In this document: in pieces, positions 1 to 10,290 of the stretch
Position numbering within the stretch: the stretch's first letter is position 1
How the letters are laid out: the number at the start of each line of letters is the position of its first letter
Assembly: GCA_002331185.1 (NCBI GenBank)
Contig: DCYW01000019.1
Location: forward strand, 1-55,346
Length of the DNA stretch: 55,346 bases
From: Patescibacteria group bacterium UBA2100
GTDB taxonomy: Bacteria > Patescibacteriota > Minisyncoccia > Phycocordibacterales > UBA2100
Reading direction: 5' to 3'
Program-made: the position numbers and the translations under genes
The notes under the pieces: model-generated
What the model was told of the DNA's origin: nothing
The model's input: only the letters and a program-made list of their open reading frames with translations
The model's database searches: none

Positions 1-692
1 AAACTTTCAAGCTTGATTATATTTACGCCGTGTTTAGCAAAAGAACCGAGCGATTCGTATAAAGCAGCTGGTTTGTCGAGTACATCGTACACAAGACTGG
101 TTATGCAATCGCCATTTAAGGGCTTGGTTGCAGGGTCTTTTGTCAGTACAAGAAAGCGCGTAACATTATCATCAGCGTCCTGCAGATTCTCCTGTACTAT
201 ATGCACAGTGTCATGAAGTTCCGCGGCATACGTAGATGCAAGCGCAGCGTAAGCCTCATTTCCTGTTTCTGAGACAAATGACACTGCTTTAGCAGTGTCT
301 CCATACGGAACTGGTTCTATGTTAAGCGCCCGTAGTGTGTTTGTGCATTGCGAGAGTGCTTCGCGGTGACTGTACACGTGTTTCACATCTTTCAGCGACG
401 CTCCCTTTAAAGCTATAAGAGCATGACGAATAGGTAGAAAATACTCAGCGATAACTGTCAAGCCGCTTTTTGGCAACAAGTGGTGTAAATCTGCAACACG
501 CCCTGCAGTTGAATTTTCAATAGGCAAGAATGCATGAGTTGCTTCATCATTTTGAACTGCAGCAACAACCGCATCAAATGTTGGATATCCAATACGTTCT
601 GCTTTTGGATCATATTCTGCAACAGCAAGGCTTGAATAAGAACCTTCTACACCTTGGTAGGCAATAGTACTTACGCCGTCGTCATTTTTCAT
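1..692 (-). CDS. pheA: Prephenate dehydratase (PDT domain plus start of ACT-like region); 3' end runs off the left window edge
   Basis: Own reverse-strand translation from the ATG at 692-690: MKNDDGVSTIAYQGVEGSYSSLAVAEY..FLPIENSTAGRVADLHHLL..VYSHREALSQC..TRFLVL, a PDT-like pattern. The frame stays open to the window edge, so it is absent from the ORF track. Confidence 0.75.
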   Translation of the reverse strand, partial: MKNDDGVSTIAYQGVEGSYSSLAVAEYDPKAERIGYPTFDAVVAAVQNDEATHAFLPIENSTAGRVADLHHLLPKSGLTVIAEYFLPIRHALIALKGASLKDVKHVYSHREALSQCTNTLRALNIEPVPYGDTAKAVSFVSETGNEAYAALASTYAAELHDTVHIVQENLQDADDNVTRFLVLTKDPATKPLNGDCITSLVYDVLDKPAALYESLGSFAKHGVNIIKLES

Positions 693-708
693 AGTCGAAG
701 AACGTATA

Positions 709-2238
709 TTATCGTGCGAACTCTATTGATCGACTTTCACGGATAACATTCACCTTTACCTCACCTGGATAATTAAGGTCACTCTCTATTTTGAGGGCGA
801 TATCTCGAGCGAGTGTTCGTGCCTCTCCATCAGTCACTTCTTCAGGCTTTACAAAGATGCGTACTTCACGTCCAGCAGAGATAGCATAGCTTTTATCAAT
901 ACCAGGGAAGCTGTTTGCAACACCTTCGAGCTCCTCAAGTCGTTTTATATAGTTTTCTACCGTGTCACGTCGTGCTCCAGGACGTCCAGCTGAAATAGCA
1001 TCGGCAACTTGTACGATATAGCTCTCAGGGTTTGTGTACGGATACTCTTCGTGATGCGCTTCCATTGCCTTGATGATTTCTGGGTCAACATCAAACTTAG
1101 CAAGAATACGACGTCCGATTTCTACATGCGTTCCTGTTACTTCATGGTCAACTGCCTTGCCAATGTCGTGCAAAAGAGCACCGGCGCGTGCAACGTGCAC
1201 ATTTGCACCCACTTCCTCTGCGATAATAGCAGCAATATGTGCCATTTCAGTTGAGTGAATCAGCACATTTTGTCCGTAACTTGTGCGGAAGTGTAATCGT
1301 CCTAATACAATAAGTAGTTTTGGATCAAGGTTATGCACACCTACTTCGTAGGCTGCCTCTTCACCACGTTTTTTGATGATGACGTTTATTTCTTCGCGCG
1401 CTTTTTCAACGGTGTCTTCGATTTTTGCAGGCTGAATACGCCCGTCTATCATAAGATTTTCAAGAGCAACTCGCGCAACTTGCCGACGGATTGGGTCGAA
1501 TGATGAAATAGTGATAGCGCCAGGTGTGTCGTCAACAATAACGTCTACCCCAGTTGCCCGTTCAAATGCTCGAATGTTTCGACCTTCTTTACCAATTATT
1601 TTCCCCTTAATTTCTTCATTAGGGAGCATTACTGTTGTTGAGAGTACATCTGCTTGCAGGTTATTACCGACTCGATGAATGGCTGTTGTAATGATATCTT
1701 GCGCCTTTCGCTCGTATTTTTCTACACCTTCGCGTTCTAATTTTTGTAAACGCACGCTCAGATCTTCTTCATAACTAGACTCCACTTGCTTTAACAGTTC
1801 GTTCTTAGCTTCATCAGCAGAAAGTCCGGCAATTTGCTGTAGCGCTTCTTCTCGCTCAGAGAGCTTCTTTTCGGCTTCTTCACGTAACTCTTTTATACGT
1901 TCTGCCTTCGTTTTTATTTCTTCGTGATCTTCATCGATATCTTCTTGACGTTTATCGAGCAATTCCTCTCTGCGAACTAGACGGTCTTCAGTTTTTTTAA
2001 GATCACCCTCTTTTTCTTTTAATTCACTTGTACGTTCGGTGATGATTTTTTCGGACTTCTTTTCTGCGTCTTCTGTGATGCGCTTTGCATCCTCCTTAGC
2101 TTCAAGCATCATTTGCTTGATTTGCAGCTCCATTGAGCCACGTTTACCTAGAGATACTATCCAACGAAGAAAGTATCCAAAACCAGTTCCAAATGCCGCT
2201 GCGAGGAGCAACAGCATGAGTATTACTTTTAATGACAT
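709..2238 (-). CDS. rny: Ribonuclease Y
   Basis: 509-aa ORF with an N-terminal TM helix, a K/E-rich coiled coil, a KH segment (GKIIGKEGRNIRAFE) and an HD domain (LLHDIGKA). Confidence 0.9.
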   Translation of the reverse strand: MSLKVILMLLLLAAAFGTGFGYFLRWIVSLGKRGSMELQIKQMMLEAKEDAKRITEDAEKKSEKIITERTSELKEKEGDLKKTEDRLVRREELLDKRQEDIDEDHEEIKTKAERIKELREEAEKKLSEREEALQQIAGLSADEAKNELLKQVESSYEEDLSVRLQKLEREGVEKYERKAQDIITTAIHRVGNNLQADVLSTTVMLPNEEIKGKIIGKEGRNIRAFERATGVDVIVDDTPGAITISSFDPIRRQVARVALENLMIDGRIQPAKIEDTVEKAREEINVIIKKRGEEAAYEVGVHNLDPKLLIVLGRLHFRTSYGQNVLIHSTEMAHIAAIIAEEVGANVHVARAGALLHDIGKAVDHEVTGTHVEIGRRILAKFDVDPEIIKAMEAHHEEYPYTNPESYIVQVADAISAGRPGARRDTVENYIKRLEELEGVANSFPGIDKSYAISAGREVRIFVKPEEVTDGEARTLARDIALKIESDLNYPGEVKVNVIRESRSIEFAR

Positions 2239-2493
2239 ATATTTGTATGCCCACTTATCTTACTTGTATGCTTTTTTGTTGGAGTGCTTCGGTTCTTGTC
2301 GGTATAGATTACAGGAGTTTCACTTGCACAAAAGAGTCAAAACGCGTCAGAAAGCGGGGAAATTTACTGAAAATGATTAAATTACAACCAGTGCGTATGA
2401 GGATACCAGAAATTTGACAATACGCAAAAAGAAAAGCATATCTTAAACAAAAAACTGGCGCTCAAAGATCGCCGGTTTGTATTCCAGAAGAGT

Positions 2494-2742
2494 TTAGATG
2501 AAATAGATTCTCCCTTCGTGTGTATTTTTGGACCCGTCCGCATAACGAGTCTTGATGCACCACTCACCAATAGTGGTGTGAAAGTAAACAGACTCAATAA
2601 ACTCGTCTGCACGTACAAACGGAATGTCGCTCTTGTCGAGCATGAGAAGGGTGAAGTCCGCTTCAGTGCTTTTGGTTATGCCAATGATTGTACGTTCGAC
2701 GGGCTCAACATGAAAAGTATATATGCATACCCTGCTACTCAT
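2494..2742 (-). CDS. Hypothetical 82-aa protein
   Basis: Only an ORF on the same strand as clpP and rny. No SD and no recognisable motif. Confidence 0.3.
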   Translation of the reverse strand: MSSRVCIYTFHVEPVERTIIGITKSTEADFTLLMLDKSDIPFVRADEFIESVYFHTTIGEWCIKTRYADGSKNTHEGRIYFI

Positions 2743-2902
2743 AAGTAACGAAGTTGCGTCAGTTATTTTTCATGCAGGCTGATGGACGCATCTAGTTTTT
2801 GTTCGCTATCTAGAGCTAGTTGTACCATCTTTAAATACTCCTTGAGTAGGGTGAACAAAGCTAGTGAGACAGTACCGCGAGCGCGGTTGTATTGTCAATG
2901 TT

Positions 2903-3505
2903 TTACGCGAGCACCTTGTCGATTATTCCGTACTTCTTTGCTTCATCTGCTGTCATAAAGAAGTCACGATCGACGTCTTTTTCAATTTGTGCGAGTTTTT
3001 GCCCGGTGTTCTTTGCAAGAATTTTGTTAAGGGACTCACGAAGGCGCAAGATATGGCGTGCACTTATTTCAATGTCGGTGGCCTGTCCTTGGGCTCCACC
3101 CATTGGTTGGTGAATCATTACTTCTGAGTTTGAAAGAGCAAATCGTTTACCATTTGTTCCGGCACTGAGTAATACTGACCCCATTGAAGCTGCCATACCT
3201 ACGCAGATAGTCGAAACATCTGGCTTGATGTGCTTCATGGTGTCGAGAATAGCGAGGCCGGCACTTACGTGACCTCCGGGGGAGTTTATATACAGTGCAA
3301 TGTCTGCTTTTGGGTCTTCAGATTGCAGAAAAAGAAGCTGTGCAATAATCACGTTAGCAACATGGTCGTCGATACCTCCGCCGAGAAAGATAATACGCTC
3401 TTTAAGTAGGCGAGAGTATATGTCGTATGCTCGTTCACCGTATTGACCTTTTTCAATAACCATCGGTACGAGTTGTGCGCTTGATGTGTGGGTTTCATTG
3501 TTCAT
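2903..3505 (-). CDS. clpP: ATP-dependent Clp protease proteolytic subunit
   Basis: ClpP motifs [11 protein letters not shown] and MIHQP. Start moved to the internal ATG at 3505 (MNNETH..), because the ORF-track N-terminus looks like a non-coding extension. Confidence 0.93.
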   Translation of the reverse strand: MNNETHTSSAQLVPMVIEKGQYGERAYDIYSRLLKERIIFLGGGIDDHVANVIIAQLLFLQSEDPKADIALYINSPGGHVSAGLAILDTMKHIKPDVSTICVGMAASMGSVLLSAGTNGKRFALSNSEVMIHQPMGGAQGQATDIEISARHILRLRESLNKILAKNTGQKLAQIEKDVDRDFFMTADEAKKYGIIDKVLA

Positions 3506-3623
3506 ATCCGCGAAATATACCATGAGTTTGCGGCAACTCAAACGGTAACAGTGCCTCACTGTCCGTACACCTTGTTTTCTGAACCTAAGAGCATCGTGGC
3601 ATCATTACATTTTTCGCTACATA

Positions 3624-3666
3624 CCCATCACAACTGAGGGCATCCGCTGCCCTCAGTTGTGATGGG
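3624..3666. repeat. Hairpin with 18-bp perfect stem and 7-nt loop
   Basis: cccatcacaactgagggc / gccctcagttgtgatggg. It lies between tig and clpP, with no U-tract on either strand. Confidence 0.9.
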
Positions 3667-3701
3667 TTGTACGAATAGTCTGGAATCACGTATACACATA
3701 T

Positions 3702-3733
3702 AACGAATGCCTCAATTGATTGAGGCATTCGTT
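3702..3733 (-). terminator. Hairpin downstream of tig
   Basis: 14-bp stem aacgaatgcctcaa/ttgaggcattcgtt, 16 nt after the tig stop. Confidence 0.6.
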
Positions 3734-3748
3734 GATTGTATGGCTTAT

Positions 3749-4831
3749 TTACTTACTCGAAAGGGATTCAAAGTGCTTAAATACCATTTCGTTGCGTTTT
3801 GTTGTCTCAGTATAGATTCTAATGTTTTGTTCGTCTGCTTGTGGGTAGGTTTGCTTTATGTGGTCGACTTCTCGTTGTACCTCTTCGGCATCAGGGGTAA
3901 TGTTTTGTTCTTTCGAAATCGTATTTAGTATCAGCTGCAATTTCCCGCGCTTTTCTGCTTCAGGTTTCCAATCCTCATGCAGCTCTTCAATAGTTTTCCC
4001 TACGTTTTTCAAATAGTCTTCTAATTTAGTACCAGTTTGCGCGATCTCGGATTCCATTTGCATTTGAATGCGTTGTATTTCTTGGTCAACAAGAATCTTT
4101 GGCAACTCAATCTTTGAATCAGCAATGATTTTTTCTACCGTTTCAATTCGTTTCTTCTCGATTCCACGAAGTTTCTTTTCCTCGAGGATATTTTCTTTCA
4201 CTTTTGCTTCAAAGTCGGCTACGGTCTTAAAGTCACCAAGTGTTTGTACAAATTCGTCGTTTAATTCAGGTAAATCTTCGTCTTTTATTTCTTCTGGAAC
4301 TTTTGGTTGTTCAGTACCTGCACTCTTTTGTTTTTCGTACGCATCGACTTGTGCTCGTTGGCGACGGATGTGGTTAAGGGTCTCTGTCAGTTCTTTGTCA
4401 GTGACTTCAAATGCTTCTTTTTTACTAAATATACTTTTAGCTATTTTTGTATAATCAGCGAGATTAATTTCAGGCATAACGGCAGTGGTCGCGGTAAATT
4501 CAAGGGGGTTACCTACTGCTAGTTTTGTAATTTGAATTTGTGGAGAGCCAATAGCGTCGATTTTTTCTTCAACTACAATTTGAGGGTATACATCAGCAAG
4601 TGCCATGTTTGCGGCACGCTCCATAACTTTGCTGTCACCAATGTGTCCTATAAGCATATCTTCAGGTACATGTCCTTTACGAAAACCAGGAACCTCTACA
4701 TTTGCCCCCAATTTTTTAAGTGCTTTCGTGCGATACTGTGTGATTACTTCAGCAGGTACGGTAGCTGATATTTCATATTCAGAGCCATCTAATTTTTTAG
4801 TTTTTACGTCTGTGTATTGTGTGTTTGTCAT
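3749..4831 (-). CDS. tig: Trigger factor (short form)
   Basis: N-terminal ribosome-binding signature PGFRKGHVP, an acidic helical C-terminal arm, and the tig-clpP neighbourhood. Start moved to the ATG at 4831. Confidence 0.85.
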   Translation of the reverse strand: MTNTQYTDVKTKKLDGSEYEISATVPAEVITQYRTKALKKLGANVEVPGFRKGHVPEDMLIGHIGDSKVMERAANMALADVYPQIVVEEKIDAIGSPQIQITKLAVGNPLEFTATTAVMPEINLADYTKIAKSIFSKKEAFEVTDKELTETLNHIRRQRAQVDAYEKQKSAGTEQPKVPEEIKDEDLPELNDEFVQTLGDFKTVADFEAKVKENILEEKKLRGIEKKRIETVEKIIADSKIELPKILVDQEIQRIQMQMESEIAQTGTKLEDYLKNVGKTIEELHEDWKPEAEKRGKLQLILNTISKEQNITPDAEEVQREVDHIKQTYPQADEQNIRIYTETTKRNEMVFKHFESLSSK

Positions 4832-4955
4832 GGGCGTGAGTGTATCAGCTGTTATATGACAATGCAAAACCACCTAGTCGTAACTTCGAGAAATAAGGAT
4901 TTCTATTGGTATAAAGTACACCTTGACGGTTTTGCACTACTTATATGCTCTGAAT

Positions 4956-5309
4956 TTAGAGATTCAATTCGAGTGATTCAAGATCAGCTTCGAGTTGTGC
5001 TTCGAACGAAGCAGTATCGAATGTACCCAAATCACTTTCTATTTGGTTTGGCTCATCGTTTGGAGTCGCTATACCCTCAGCAGGGTTCTCTTCAACAGTT
5101 GTATCTTCGTTGGGCACAGCATCTACACTTGAAAGAGAGTCCCAGTAATACAAACCACCAAATACAAGGAGGATAACGATTATGACGATTCCCACAAGAG
5201 GACCTGTGCCACCTGATTTATCAGATGTTTCTGCAACTGGTACATCTGTGTGTACTGGTTGTTCGATCGAGTTGCGTGTTGGGGGAGTGTTATTGTGTTG
5301 TTCTTCCAT
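4956..5309 (-). CDS. Hypothetical single-pass membrane protein with acidic tail
   Basis: One clear TM segment (LVGIVIIVILLVFGGLYYW) and a D/E-rich C-terminus. Confidence 0.5.
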   Translation of the reverse strand: MEEQHNNTPPTRNSIEQPVHTDVPVAETSDKSGGTGPLVGIVIIVILLVFGGLYYWDSLSSVDAVPNEDTTVEENPAEGIATPNDEPNQIESDLGTFDTASFEAQLEADLESLELNL

Positions 5310-5335
5310 ACGTTATTTTCTTTTAAAGAGAGTGA

Positions 5336-6280
5336 TTATTCAGTTTCCTCTGAACCATCAGTTGAGTTAGTAATGTCTTGTATTGCTCGCGTTGCGTCTT
5401 TAAGTGCACTGTGCGCTTCTTTTACCAATTCTGCTGCACTACGCACTGCTTTTTTTATTGAATCGAGATATTCTCGCGGAGCGTCTGACTCAAGAGCGTC
5501 TGTAAATATATTTCGTGCGTTGGCCACTGCACTTGCTGCTTCACTAATTGCTCGTTCTGCTTCTACAGCTGCAGTCGTCGCAGTCGTCGTATCAACTCCG
5601 TCTGCATCTAATTGTGCAAGTGTGTTATGTATACGGTCGAGAATCCTTGTAAAACTATCGAGCGCTCCACCAAGGCGACCCAGGATACCTTCTAATTGGC
5701 CTTTGATTCGGTTTCCGGCCTCACTCTTTATTTCGGCTCTTAATTCGCCACGTTGTTCGCGAATTTCTTCACGGAGATTTGCCGCACGTTCACGGAATCC
5801 ATCTCTTTTTTTCAATGCCTGTTCTCGCATTATGTCTCGTTTTGCCCGAGCTGCTTCCAGTATTACTTGTCGTTCCTCTGGTGTATCAGCTGCATCGAGT
5901 GCGTCTTTTACTTCATTTTTACGCATCTCCAATTCTTCTTTTGCCTGATCTCGCATGTCTTTACCTTCAGTAGTAAGCTCGTTACGCGTTTCAATAACAC
6001 GATTTTGAAATGCATCTCTCTTTTCTTTAATTGTATTCCGCACATCTTCGTTCTCTTTCTTTACGTTTTCTCTTGTTGCGCGAAATTCTTTTCGTACGTC
6101 TTGTTCCACTTTTTGTAGCGATCTAAAGGGAACTGGTTGTCCGTCAGGACCAAGGGGTTTTTCTGATCGCGGTGCTTGAAAAGCCTCTTGTGCCGAAGTC
6201 ACTTGCACTCCGACCATAAATGTTAGTGCAACAATTATTGCAAGCGTAATAGCAACCGATAATGAGTGAGTATTTGTCAT
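5336..6280 (-). CDS. Hypothetical secreted K/E/R-rich coiled-coil protein
   Basis: Signal-peptide-like N-terminus ending ..VTSAQE, then long charged helical repeats. Confidence 0.6.
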   Translation of the reverse strand: MTNTHSLSVAITLAIIVALTFMVGVQVTSAQEAFQAPRSEKPLGPDGQPVPFRSLQKVEQDVRKEFRATRENVKKENEDVRNTIKEKRDAFQNRVIETRNELTTEGKDMRDQAKEELEMRKNEVKDALDAADTPEERQVILEAARAKRDIMREQALKKRDGFRERAANLREEIREQRGELRAEIKSEAGNRIKGQLEGILGRLGGALDSFTRILDRIHNTLAQLDADGVDTTTATTAAVEAERAISEAASAVANARNIFTDALESDAPREYLDSIKKAVRSAAELVKEAHSALKDATRAIQDITNSTDGSEETE

Positions 6281-6351
6281 AAGATTTGTATATTACTAAT
6301 TTGTAACGTGCAGAAATATGCGACGGATGCCGCTTTTCTTACTCTATATGG

Positions 6352-6388
6352 TAACACCCCCTGCTCGCGTAGCGAGCAGGGGGTGTTA
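6352..6388 (-). terminator. Hairpin downstream of ppa
   Basis: 17-bp GC-rich stem taacaccccctgctcgc/gcgagcagggggtgtta. Confidence 0.65.
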
Positions 6389-6409
6389 ATTGAGCCTCAG
6401 TATAGTATA

Positions 6410-6940
6410 TTACTTCTCAAATTTCTCTTTGTAGATATTAATTCCCTCAGTAATTGCGTGTTTTGCAGCTTCTGCACCTTCAATACCGTTAACTTCTACC
6501 TCTTTATTCTGGAGTTTCTTGTATGTTCCAAAGAAGTGCTCAATTTCCTTCAGGGTATGAGGGTTAATATCAGACTTGTCTTGCACGGAATCCCATCGAG
6601 GGTCTTCTGTTGGTACTGCAATAACTTTGTCATCATTGTCGCCACCATCAATCATCTTTAGGAGTGCCACTGGGCGTACTCGAGCGAGTATTCCTGGGTA
6701 TAGTGGGTGTGTTGTAAGAACAATAACGTCAAGTGCATCGTCATCATGCCAATATGTTTGCGGTACGAATCCGTAATCAAATGGGTAGTCTTGTGCAGTG
6801 TGCATGACTCGATCGAGCGCAATCATACCTGTTTTCTTGTCGATTTCATACTTGTTTTTTGAGCCGCGGTTAATCTCGATAATGACGTTTGCTTCATCAG
6901 GCGTGTTTTCACCTGCGGTTACATCGTGCCAAAGGTTCAT
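6410..6940 (-). CDS. ppa: Inorganic pyrophosphatase (family I)
   Basis: 176 aa with the soluble PPase pattern (KYEIDKKTG.., DDDALDVIVL, DDKVIAV). Confidence 0.92.
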   Translation of the reverse strand: MNLWHDVTAGENTPDEANVIIEINRGSKNKYEIDKKTGMIALDRVMHTAQDYPFDYGFVPQTYWHDDDALDVIVLTTHPLYPGILARVRPVALLKMIDGGDNDDKVIAVPTEDPRWDSVQDKSDINPHTLKEIEHFFGTYKKLQNKEVEVNGIEGAEAAKHAITEGINIYKEKFEK

Positions 6941-6989
6941 AGTAGTAGTTTAGTTAGTTTTGTTAAAGATATTTACTAGCATAACGCAC

Positions 6990-8318
6990 TTATTCTTTTT
7001 CTGCCCCTTCTGACTGCTTTGCATGCGCAGACATGGCAGGTAGGTCTTCAGTGTCAGTATCTGTTTCTTTCTTTTCTTCTTGTTCCGTAACTATCTCTTC
7101 CTTATGATCTTCAGTTTCTTCCACTGCTTCTTTTGTTTCGGTTGGTGCTGGTATCTCAACTTCTCCCTCGCCGTCAGTTTCAGCAAGTGCTTCTCCGTGG
7201 GCTGATTTAATATCAATACCCCAACCGGTGAGCTTTGCAGCGAGACGTACATTTTGACCTCCGCGCCCAATAGCGAGTGATTGTTGGTCTTCAGTCACTT
7301 CAACGGCTGCTCGTTTTTCATCTTCTGAAATTTCTACCGAAAGAGTTTCTGCTGGCGAGAGTGCACGTTCAATAAATTCACGAGTGTCTTCCGACCATTC
7401 GATAATATCTATTTTTTCTCCCCCCAACTCACTGGTTACAGTAGAAACACGTACTCCACGTTGTCCGACGAGCGAACCAACTGGATCAATGTGATCATCG
7501 TGTGTTACTACAGCAAGCTTTGAACGAGAGCCAGCCTCACGTGCAACTTCTTTTATTTCTATTGTTCCATTTGCAAGTTCTGGAGACTCAAGTTCGAATA
7601 AACGTAACAGGAACTGTGGGTGTGAACGAGATAATTTAAGGAATGTTCCGCGCGGGCTTTCATCTACTTTATATAAAAGAGCTCGAATGCGCTCACCTTG
7701 ACGATACCGCTCTCCTGGGATTTGTTCTTCGTACGGCAAAATACCAGTTGCACGTCCGAGATCTACATAGAGGTTTCCACGTTCGAATCGTTGTACGTGC
7801 CCTGAAACGACCTGACCTTCGTGTTCACCAAATTCTTCTATAATAGATACTTTTTCTGCTTCACGAATCTTTTGCATGATTACTTGCTTGGCGGTTTGTG
7901 CTGCAATGCGACCAAAGTCTTCTTGTGCTTCAAGAGGGAAATCTACTTCGTCATCAAGTTCAACTCCTTTCTTAATGAGACGAGCATCTTCTATCATGAT
8001 GTGGTGTTCGGGATTAAAGCGTGTTCGTTCATCATCGGTTGCTATTTCAGCCGGTTCCTCTCCGCCAGCTGCCGGATTCTCTTCCTCTGGACGGACAAGT
8101 GTTTCATCTACGACAATCTTTATCTGCTTAAATTCTACGTCTCCCATTTCGGTATTAAATGCAGCACGAATGATTTGACCACGTTTTCCGTACTCTTTTT
8201 TATACGCCGCGGCGAGTGCCATCTCGATAGCGCTGATGACCTTCTCACGGGGGATTCCCCGGTCTTCTTCTAACTCACCAAGGACTGAATTAATTACTTT
8301 CAAATCAAATAAACTCAT
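6990..8318 (-). CDS. nusA: Transcription termination/antitermination factor NusA
   Basis: NusA N-domain, S1-like and tandem KH segments (GRGGQNVRLAAKLTGWGIDI), and an acidic tail. Confidence 0.92.
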   Translation of the reverse strand: MSLFDLKVINSVLGELEEDRGIPREKVISAIEMALAAAYKKEYGKRGQIIRAAFNTEMGDVEFKQIKIVVDETLVRPEEENPAAGGEEPAEIATDDERTRFNPEHHIMIEDARLIKKGVELDDEVDFPLEAQEDFGRIAAQTAKQVIMQKIREAEKVSIIEEFGEHEGQVVSGHVQRFERGNLYVDLGRATGILPYEEQIPGERYRQGERIRALLYKVDESPRGTFLKLSRSHPQFLLRLFELESPELANGTIEIKEVAREAGSRSKLAVVTHDDHIDPVGSLVGQRGVRVSTVTSELGGEKIDIIEWSEDTREFIERALSPAETLSVEISEDEKRAAVEVTEDQQSLAIGRGGQNVRLAAKLTGWGIDIKSAHGEALAETDGEGEVEIPAPTETKEAVEETEDHKEEIVTEQEEKKETDTDTEDLPAMSAHAKQSEGAEKE

Positions 8319-8541
8319 AATTTTTTAGGTTACCACACTGATTTTTGTAAAAAGAAAGACCGACACAAGGTCGGACTATTCATAAACAGTATGTACTACG
8401 CAGTATACCGACTACCCGAAACCAAGTCAATACTGTTCGATACTGGACCAAGAGTGTTTTTGCACAGTGAAAAGAGGGCTTTGAATGTATGATTTGATAT
8501 ACTTACGTACAAGAGGGTGCAATAAGCACCTGTGTTATCAC

Positions 8542-10287
8542 ATGTACATTAATGACGAACAACTTCGCGAATTTTTAAGCGACTCAGGACTTGTTTCGCA
8601 GAAAAAGTTTGATAACGCTGTTAAAACAGCTACTGAAAAAGGTATTACGGTGAGCGAAGTGTTGGTATCAGAAGGAGAAATTTCTGAAGATGATTTGCGA
8701 CGCTCACATGCCTACGTACTAGGTATTCCTTTTGTTAATTTATCTGATTCAAAACCAGACCTCAATACACTCGCTCTTATTCCAGAACCTATTGCACGAC
8801 GCAATAATATTGTAGCGTTTAGACAAGAGGAAAATAAGTTGGAAGTTGCCATGCTCGACACCGACGACTTAGCAGCAATCGATTTCGTAAAAAAGAAGAC
8901 ACAACTTACGATTTTGCCACGGCTTACTGATGCCACATCAATTAAACAGATGCTCCGTTTATATCAAAAGACGCTCCGTGACGAACTAGGAGATGTTATT
9001 ACCCGTGAATCACAAACACTTGAAAAATTTGGGAAATTACAACCAGAGAATGAAAATGATTTACGAAAACTTGCGGAAGGAGTGCCAGCTGTGCGAGTGC
9101 TCGATTCATTGCTGCGTCATGCAATTGTACAAAACGCTTCTGATATTCATATTGAACCGCAAGAAGAGGCTCTTTTGGTACGGTATCGTATTGATGGAAT
9201 TTTGCATGATGCCATGTCGCTTCCAAGCAGTGCGACTGCTTCAATTACTGCCCGAGTAAAAATCTTAGCGAACTTACGGCTTGATGAAAAACGACTTCCA
9301 CAAGATGGGCGATTTCGAATGGAGACAGACGGCGATAGGGTGTCGTTCCGTGTTTCAGTACTGCCAACGTATCATGGAGAAAAAACAGTCATGCGATTGT
9401 TGCGTGAAGATGTATCTGGTTTTACATTAGAATCTCTTGGTTTTCATGGTGAAGGGCTTGAACGATCACACGATGCGACTCGAAAGAAAACAGGACTTAT
9501 TCTGGTGACTGGCCCAACAGGTTCTGGTAAATCAACAACGCTCTACACCATGTTGGATATTTTAAATACACCAGACGTGAATATCTCAACTGTGGAGGAT
9601 CCAATTGAGTATCAGATGAAACGCATAAACCAAACACAAGTACGACCAGACATTGGGTTCACCTTTTCCACAGGACTTCGCTCACTCGTGCGTCAAGACC
9701 CAGATATTATTATGGTTGGTGAAATTCGAGATCGCGAGACCGCAGCGCTCGCTATAAACGCGGCTCTCACGGGGCACTTAGTGCTTTCAACACTGCACAC
9801 CAACTCGGCTGCTGGAGCAGTGCCTCGCCTTATTGATATGGGAGTAGAACCGTTTTTGCTCGCCTCAACCCTACAGGTGGTTATTGGTCAAAGACTTGTG
9901 CGTACACTATGTAACGATAGAGAAGAATATAAATTATCCGCCGCAGAAATGAGAGGTCTAGAAGAGATGGCCGACCTAGGAGCAGTTTTGAAAGCGTTAA
10001 AAGAGGAAGACATTGTTTCTCAAAAAAGTACGTTTAAAAGCGTCTCTCTTTCAAAAGAAAAACCAACAAAAGAATGTGAAACTGGCTATAGTGGACGAAA
10101 AGGTATTCAAGAAGTGCTGCCGGTGACAGAGGGAATTAAGAAAATGATTCTCTCTGGATCTTCTGCTGATGCAATTGAAGATCAAGCACGAAAAGAAGGA
10201 ATGCTTACTATGCTCGAGGATGGTATCTACAAAAGCGCTTCAGGAACAACAAGTCTTGCAGAAGTGTTACGTGTTGTAAGTGAATAA
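8542..10287 (+). CDS. pilB: Type IV pilus / type II secretion assembly ATPase (PilB/GspE family)
   Basis: Walker A GPTGSGKST, Walker B DPDIIMVGEIRD, His box LTGHLVLSTLHTN. Start moved to the ATG at 8542. Confidence 0.9.
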   Translation: MYINDEQLREFLSDSGLVSQKKFDNAVKTATEKGITVSEVLVSEGEISEDDLRRSHAYVLGIPFVNLSDSKPDLNTLALIPEPIARRNNIVAFRQEENKLEVAMLDTDDLAAIDFVKKKTQLTILPRLTDATSIKQMLRLYQKTLRDELGDVITRESQTLEKFGKLQPENENDLRKLAEGVPAVRVLDSLLRHAIVQNASDIHIEPQEEALLVRYRIDGILHDAMSLPSSATASITARVKILANLRLDEKRLPQDGRFRMETDGDRVSFRVSVLPTYHGEKTVMRLLREDVSGFTLESLGFHGEGLERSHDATRKKTGLILVTGPTGSGKSTTLYTMLDILNTPDVNISTVEDPIEYQMKRINQTQVRPDIGFTFSTGLRSLVRQDPDIIMVGEIRDRETAALAINAALTGHLVLSTLHTNSAAGAVPRLIDMGVEPFLLASTLQVVIGQRLVRTLCNDREEYKLSAAEMRGLEEMADLGAVLKALKEEDIVSQKSTFKSVSLSKEKPTKECETGYSGRKGIQEVLPVTEGIKKMILSGSSADAIEDQARKEGMLTMLEDGIYKSASGTTSLAEVLRVVSE

Positions 10288-10290
10288 TAT

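Noticed and set aside
2763-2828. A 21-aa micro-ORF (MVQLALDSEQKLDASISLHEK) with a good AAGGAG SD between clpP and the 82-aa ORF.
   Set aside because: It is too short and featureless to support as a gene from sequence alone. It could be a leader peptide, but nothing else argues for it.
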